NCBI GenBank assembly: GCA_964611535.1 | Contig: CAZTAE010000001.1 | Location: 1 to 59,312 of the forward strand | From: an uncultured Woeseiaceae bacterium | GTDB lineage: Bacteria; Pseudomonadota; Gammaproteobacteria; Steroidobacterales; Woeseiaceae | Direction of reading: 5' to 3' | DNA: 59,312 nucleotides | In this document: positions 56,804-59,312 of the stretch, one piece after another | Layout: each line of letters opens with the position of its first letter | Position numbering within the stretch: position 1 is the first letter of the stretch | Notes under the pieces: model-generated | The model's database searches: none | What the model saw: only the letters and a program-made list of their open reading frames with translations | What the model was told of the DNA's origin: nothing | Translations under genes and position numbers: made by a program

Positions 56804-58624
56804 GTGACGCCCGTGCCCGGAATCGCTCTGCTCGCCGCGCTCCTGCTGGCGGCGGCCGCGGTCGCCGCCACCGAGGCGCCCGAAGCCGACCTGATCCAGC
56901 ACCCGCAGGCTCGCGAGCACCTGAACCTCGACGGCGACTGGCACGTCATCCCGGATCCTTACGAAAACGGCTACTACAACCACCGCTACGAGCCGCGCAC
57001 GGACGGCTACTTCGAGGCCCGCCGTCACAGCGATCCCACCGAGCTCATCGAGTACGACTTCCGGCGCTCTCCGACGCTCACCGTGCCCGGCGACTGGAAC
57101 TCGCAGGACGAGCGCTGGCTCTTCTACGAGGGAACGATGTGGTACTTCCGCACCTTCGACGCAGAGCCGGAACCCGGCCGGCAATACCTGCTGCATTTCG
57201 GCGCCGTCAACTACCTCGCGCACGTCTGGATCAACGGCGAATACCTCGGCCGCCACGAAGGCGGCTTCACGCCGTTCCAGTTCGACGCCACGGCCGCGCT
57301 CGAGGCGGGGGAGAACTTCGTCGTCGTCAAGGCTGACAACCGCCGCGAAGCCGACCGCGTGCCGGCGCTCAACACCGACTGGTGGAACTACGGCGGCATT
57401 ACCCGCGCGGTACGGCTCATCGACCTGCCGGAGCATCACGTAGCCGACTGGCGCATGGGTCTGGACCAGGACGGCGCCGTAGCAGGCTGGGTGCGCGTCG
57501 CCGGCGCGCCGGACCGCGGCCCGGTCACGGTCGACATTCCAGCGCTTGGCTTGAGGCAGGAGCTCGCCGTCGATGCGGACGGCTATGCCCGCTTTGTCTT
57601 CGATCTGGAGCCGGAACGCTGGAGTCCCGGCGATCCCGTTCTGTACGACGTGCGCCTCTCCTACGCCGGCGACGCTGTCCGTGACCGAATCGGCTTTCGC
57701 AGCCTTGCCGTGGAGGGCGAGGACATCCTGCTGAACGGCGAGCCGGTGTTCCTGCGCGGCATCAGCATCCACGAGGAGGCGCTGTTGCACCCGGGGCGGG
57801 CGTGGAGCACCGAGGATGCCCGCGCGCTGCTCGAGCAGGCGCTCGCGCTCGGCTGCAACTTCGTGCGTCTCGCACACTACCCGCACAACGAGAACATGCT
57901 GCGCGTCGCGGACGAGATGGGTCTCCTGGTGTGGGCGGAGATTCCCGTCTACTGGACGATCGACTTCGAATCGCCCGCCGTGCTCGCGAAGGCGCGCCAG
58001 CAGCTCGACGAGATGATCGCCCGCGACGCGAACCGCGCCTCCGTGGTCCTGTGGTCGCTGGCGAACGAGACGCCGGTCGGCACGGCGCGGCTGGCTTTCA
58101 TTGAAGAACTCGCCGCGCACGTACGCCGCCTCGACCCGAGCCGGCTCGTCACCGCCGCCCTCGACACCCAGACCGCAGAGGACTTCCGGCGCATCATCGA
58201 GGACCCGCTGGCCGACACCATCGACGTCATCGGCATCAACAGCTACTGCGGCTGGTACGGCGACAGGCCACCAGACTGCGCCCGCTTCCGGTGGGTCTCC
58301 GACTACGGCAAGCCGATCATCATGAGCGAATTCGGCGCCGGCGCTCTCGCGGGACAGCATGGCGACCCGACGCATCGCTGGACGGAGGAATACCAGGCCG
58401 CGGTTTACGAGCACAACCTGCGCATGATCGATGAAATCGAGGCGCTTCGCGGACTGTCGCCGTGGATCCTCAAGGACTTCCGCTCGCCCCGCCGGCCGCT
58501 GCCGGGCATCCAGGACTTCTGGAACCGCAAGGGGCTGCTGTCCGAGACCGGCGTGCGCAAGAAGGCGTGGTACGTGCTGCGCGACTACTACCGCGCCAGG
58601 GAAGGCCGGCGACGCGAGCAATAG
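56804..58624 (+). CDS. Glycoside hydrolase family 2 enzyme (beta-glucuronidase/beta-galactosidase-like), secreted
   Basis: 606 aa with a signal peptide (IALLAALLLAAAAVAA). GH2 sugar-binding strings are WYFRTFD, VNYLAHVWINGEYLGRHEGGFTPFQFD and VVKADN. The TIM barrel carries WSLANETP (acid/base Glu) and IIMSEFGAGA (nucleophile Glu). Confidence 0.88.
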   Translation: MTPVPGIALLAALLLAAAAVAATEAPEADLIQHPQAREHLNLDGDWHVIPDPYENGYYNHRYEPRTDGYFEARRHSDPTELIEYDFRRSPTLTVPGDWNSQDERWLFYEGTMWYFRTFDAEPEPGRQYLLHFGAVNYLAHVWINGEYLGRHEGGFTPFQFDATAALEAGENFVVVKADNRREADRVPALNTDWWNYGGITRAVRLIDLPEHHVADWRMGLDQDGAVAGWVRVAGAPDRGPVTVDIPALGLRQELAVDADGYARFVFDLEPERWSPGDPVLYDVRLSYAGDAVRDRIGFRSLAVEGEDILLNGEPVFLRGISIHEEALLHPGRAWSTEDARALLEQALALGCNFVRLAHYPHNENMLRVADEMGLLVWAEIPVYWTIDFESPAVLAKARQQLDEMIARDANRASVVLWSLANETPVGTARLAFIEELAAHVRRLDPSRLVTAALDTQTAEDFRRIIEDPLADTIDVIGINSYCGWYGDRPPDCARFRWVSDYGKPIIMSEFGAGALAGQHGDPTHRWTEEYQAAVYEHNLRMIDEIEALRGLSPWILKDFRSPRRPLPGIQDFWNRKGLLSETGVRKKAWYVLRDYYRAREGRRREQ

Positions 58625-58768
58625 ACGAGCGACTGGACCCGCAGGGCCAGCGCTGACGGCTTCCCGGGTCAGCGGCGCCACATTGAGCAGAGTTTTGCTG
58701 ATCGTGATCCATGAATGCGCGACGGCCGTGCCCGCGCGGCCGGGGCGGGGACCCATTCGCTGTCGTTG

Positions 58769-59312
58769 CTACTGAAACAGGTGCCCGACCGCGAGTGACC
58801 AGTCGATCTGCTCACCTGCCCATCGGGTAACGCAGGTTTCAGAGTCAATGTCGAGGTCGGCCAGGTACTGCTCGAACCAGTCGACCTCATCGGTCGTTTC
58901 GATCGCCGTCTCGGGCACGTGGCTGTCGGCAATTACCCGGCCGTACGGATCGCGGAACACGATCTTGCCGCCGGTCTGCCGCTCACAGCTGAAGCCGCCC
59001 TCGTGCAGCAGCCGGTGATGGTGCCGGCAGAGCTGCAGCAGATTGTCGAGACTGGTCTCGCCGCCATTGGCCCAGTGCTTGATGTGGTGGCCGTCCAGGC
59101 GGTAGCAGTTAATGCAGCCCGGGAAGCGACAGCCCTGGTCCCGGGCGCGTAGCGCACGCCGTATCGCCGGCGGAATGCTGCGGGATTTGCGGCCGATCGA
59201 GAGGGGTTCGCCGTCGCTGCTCTCCAGGAGCGGCACGACTGCACTGTCACAGGCGACGCGGCGGGACGTCTCCGCGGGGACGCGGGGGCCGCGCTCGAGG
59301 TGAGAGCGATCG
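58769..59312 (-). CDS. HNH endonuclease, DUF222-type, partial (N-terminus beyond the right window edge)
   Basis: The track ORF 58769..59236 starts at an internal codon. The frame stays open upstream to the window end (hand translation ...DRSHLERGPRVPAETSRRVACDSAVVPLLESSDGEPLSIGRKSRSIPPAIRRALRARDQGCRFPGC...GHHIKHWANGGETSLDNLLQLCRHHHRLLHEG). This is the classic DUF222 C-terminal HNH module. Confidence 0.8.
   Translation of the reverse strand, partial: DRSHLERGPRVPAETSRRVACDSAVVPLLESSDGEPLSIGRKSRSIPPAIRRALRARDQGCRFPGCINCYRLDGHHIKHWANGGETSLDNLLQLCRHHHRLLHEGGFSCERQTGGKIVFRDPYGRVIADSHVPETAIETTDEVDWFEQYLADLDIDSETCVTRWAGEQIDWSLAVGHLFQ

Noticed and set aside
51832-58756. Minus-strand ORFs 51832..53538 (568 aa), 55204..56949 (581 aa) and 56597..58756 (719 aa), plus smaller ones
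   Set aside because: They lie antisense to halogenase-like paralogs 3 and 4 and to the GH2 gene. They have no motifs and shadow-type composition.
58625-59312. HNH gene as part of a defence system or prophage
   Set aside because: Only one truncated gene is visible. The window shows no partner genes (methylase, ATPase, integrase, phage structural genes), so there is too little context.

Overview
High-GC (roughly two-thirds G+C by eye), densely coding chromosomal segment of a Gram-negative, proteobacterial-type organism. I call 36 protein genes and see no rRNA, tRNA, CRISPR array or transposase. Many long ORFs in the track are antisense shadows or false N-terminal extensions, and two real genes run off the window edges. 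One of these (1..1660, minus) is absent from the ORF track. The window has five blocks. (1) 1-9.5 kb is peptide scavenging: two TonB-dependent receptors, a secreted DPP-IV (S9B) peptidase, a secreted amidohydrolase and an alpha/beta hydrolase. (2) 9.5-19.8 kb is a LysR-associated amino-acid catabolic island. It holds a three-subunit flavoprotein dehydrogenase of the HcnABC / opine oxidase / D-hydroxyproline dehydrogenase type. It also holds a DapA-family lyase, DUF885, a lipoprotein, an atypical NRAMP-family transporter, and VOC and RidA proteins. (3) 19.9-36.4 kb is one co-directional, translationally coupled alpha-glucan/trehalose operon, glgB-glgE-treS/pep2-glgX-treZ-malQ::treY. MalQ and TreY are fused in one about 1710-aa reading frame. 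(4) 36.7-43.1 kb holds a secreted hypothetical protein and a cluster of aldo/keto reductase, SAM methyltransferase, aminotransferase and a membrane-fused spermidine-synthase-like protein. (5) 43.2-58.6 kb is a TonB-dependent-receptor glycan-utilisation locus with a GH10 xylanase, a GH9 endoglucanase, a GH2 enzyme and a JmjC-like cupin. Four paralogs of the flavin-dependent tryptophan-halogenase family are interleaved with these genes and translationally coupled to them. Three paralogs keep the full halogenase catalytic motif set and one has lost all of it. Block 5 is my best candidate for an undescribed system. The window ends in a 5'-truncated DUF222/HNH endonuclease gene.
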